From contig OY782781.1 in assembly GCA_963678315.1 (NCBI GenBank), positions 2,123,845-2,187,844 on the forward strand: DNA of 64,000 nucleotides, given 5' to 3'. This document shows positions 63,338 through 64,000 of the stretch, in pieces (position 1 is the first letter of the stretch; each line of letters opens with the position of its first letter). Below the pieces are notes generated by a model. The model worked only from the letters and a program-made list of their open reading frames with translations, was not told the origin of the DNA and made no database searches. The stretch is from Candidatus Cloacimonadales bacterium (GTDB lineage: Bacteria; Cloacimonadota; Cloacimonadia; Cloacimonadales; JAFGVF01). Position numbers and translations under genes: made by a program.

Positions 63338-64000
63338 ATGTCAGAAACAAATAACTATAATTTATATAAACCTGCCTCTGGTGAATCAGGATGGGCTCAG
63401 GCACTTAATAGCAACTTTGATATCATAGATACTCAAATTAAATCAGCTCATGATAGTATTTCAAACCATACTAGTTCAGGAAGTAACAAGCACACAGCAT
63501 CACAGATTAGCACAGCTGATGGCTCTAATGTTGAATCTAAACTATCAACACTATTTTCAAGTAAAGCAGACACGAGTCACACTCATGATTATGCAAATTC
63601 AAATCATGCTCATAGTACAGATAGTGTTAAGAATAACCAGGGAACTTCACTTACATCTATCTTAGGGCAGTTAGATTCAAAGGTAGGAAGTATTGAAAAT
63701 ACGCTAAAGTTTCTATCACCAAACCTTGATAAAGTAACAGTATCAGCATTCATAACTAATCAAGCTAGTGGTATTAGAATCATGTGTAGCCTTGTGCCAT
63801 TAATAAACGTACATAATTGGAATATACGTGTTATAAAAGCAGGTAGAACCTTAGCTGAAGCAACTAGTGCTAGTTCTTATATTTTTATACATAAGGATTC
63901 ATTAGAGGGCATATCTGATGGTGAAACTGTTGAAGTAGTTGTTACTGCCTTATCAGGTCAAAGCAGTCAGACAGCAGTTTATAGCCACAAGTTTATGCAT
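63338..64000 (+). CDS. Phage tail-fibre-like protein, 3'-partial (not in supplied ORF track)
   Basis: ATG at 63338 with RBS AGGAGA 7 nt upstream. I translated 221 codons to the window end without a stop. The N-terminus MSETNNYNLYKPASGESGWAQALNSNFDIIDTQI matches the common tail-fibre leader pattern (NY.L.KP..G...W....N.N.D.ID). HxH pairs HTH and HAH. Confidence 0.7.
   Translation, partial: MSETNNYNLYKPASGESGWAQALNSNFDIIDTQIKSAHDSISNHTSSGSNKHTASQISTADGSNVESKLSTLFSSKADTSHTHDYANSNHAHSTDSVKNNQGTSLTSILGQLDSKVGSIENTLKFLSPNLDKVTVSAFITNQASGIRIMCSLVPLINVHNWNIRVIKAGRTLAEATSASSYIFIHKDSLEGISDGETVEVVVTALSGQSSQTAVYSHKFMH

Larger units (their letters stand above)
62494..64000 (+). mobile_element. Phage tail-module fragment (continues beyond window)
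   Basis: Three plus-strand ORFs with an overlapping stop/start (ATGTTTAA at 62879-62886) and a 9-nt gap. The last has a tail-fibre-type N-terminus. Confidence 0.55.

Noticed and set aside
63450-63665. 71-aa plus-strand ORF in the track.
   Set aside because: It lies out of frame inside the longer tail-fibre-like ORF that starts at 63338 with a good RBS and stays open to the window end.

Overview
AT-rich bacterial chromosome segment. Several giant secreted proteins end in the same T9SS type-A C-terminal sorting domain, which suggests an FCB-group-like or Cloacimonadota-like lineage; that lineage call is inference only. Bases 1 to ~33.6 kb hold tightly packed housekeeping and metabolic operons: hsp20, ybaB-recR-ribE, a nuclease-XPD/DinG helicase, ABC-F, hutI, DUF1015, dapD with two aminotransferases, psuG, two ChaN-like proteins, YigZ, an alpha/beta FAD/Fe-S oxidase-like pair, and a VOC protein. 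This region contains one striking non-coding object: about 7 tandem copies of a 134/135-bp unit with three conserved hairpins (28.69-29.61 kb). A rearranged solo relative of that unit lies at 14.45-14.60 kb. From ~33.7 kb to the window end the DNA is accessory. It starts with the left end, early region and packaging region of a Mu-like transposable prophage (S24 repressor, Ner-like, DDE MuA-like transposase, MuB-like ATPase, DUF3164, GemA-like, DUF1804-like, TerL, MuF). That module breaks off at 43.41 kb into an opposite-strand three-gene cassette: an unknown 346-aa protein, a 4-TM protein, and a DUF4062/TIR-like-Mrr nuclease fusion. I rate this cassette the best candidate for an undescribed defence system. 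Beyond it, two islands of host-type T9SS cargo genes (a 1540-aa S8 protease; an ECF-like sigma factor plus a 1483-aa PMP/beta-helix protein) are interleaved with phage neck-like genes, a truncated portal and a tail-fibre module. No rRNA, tRNA or CRISPR array was recognised. All family assignments come from motif recognition by eye, not from database searches.
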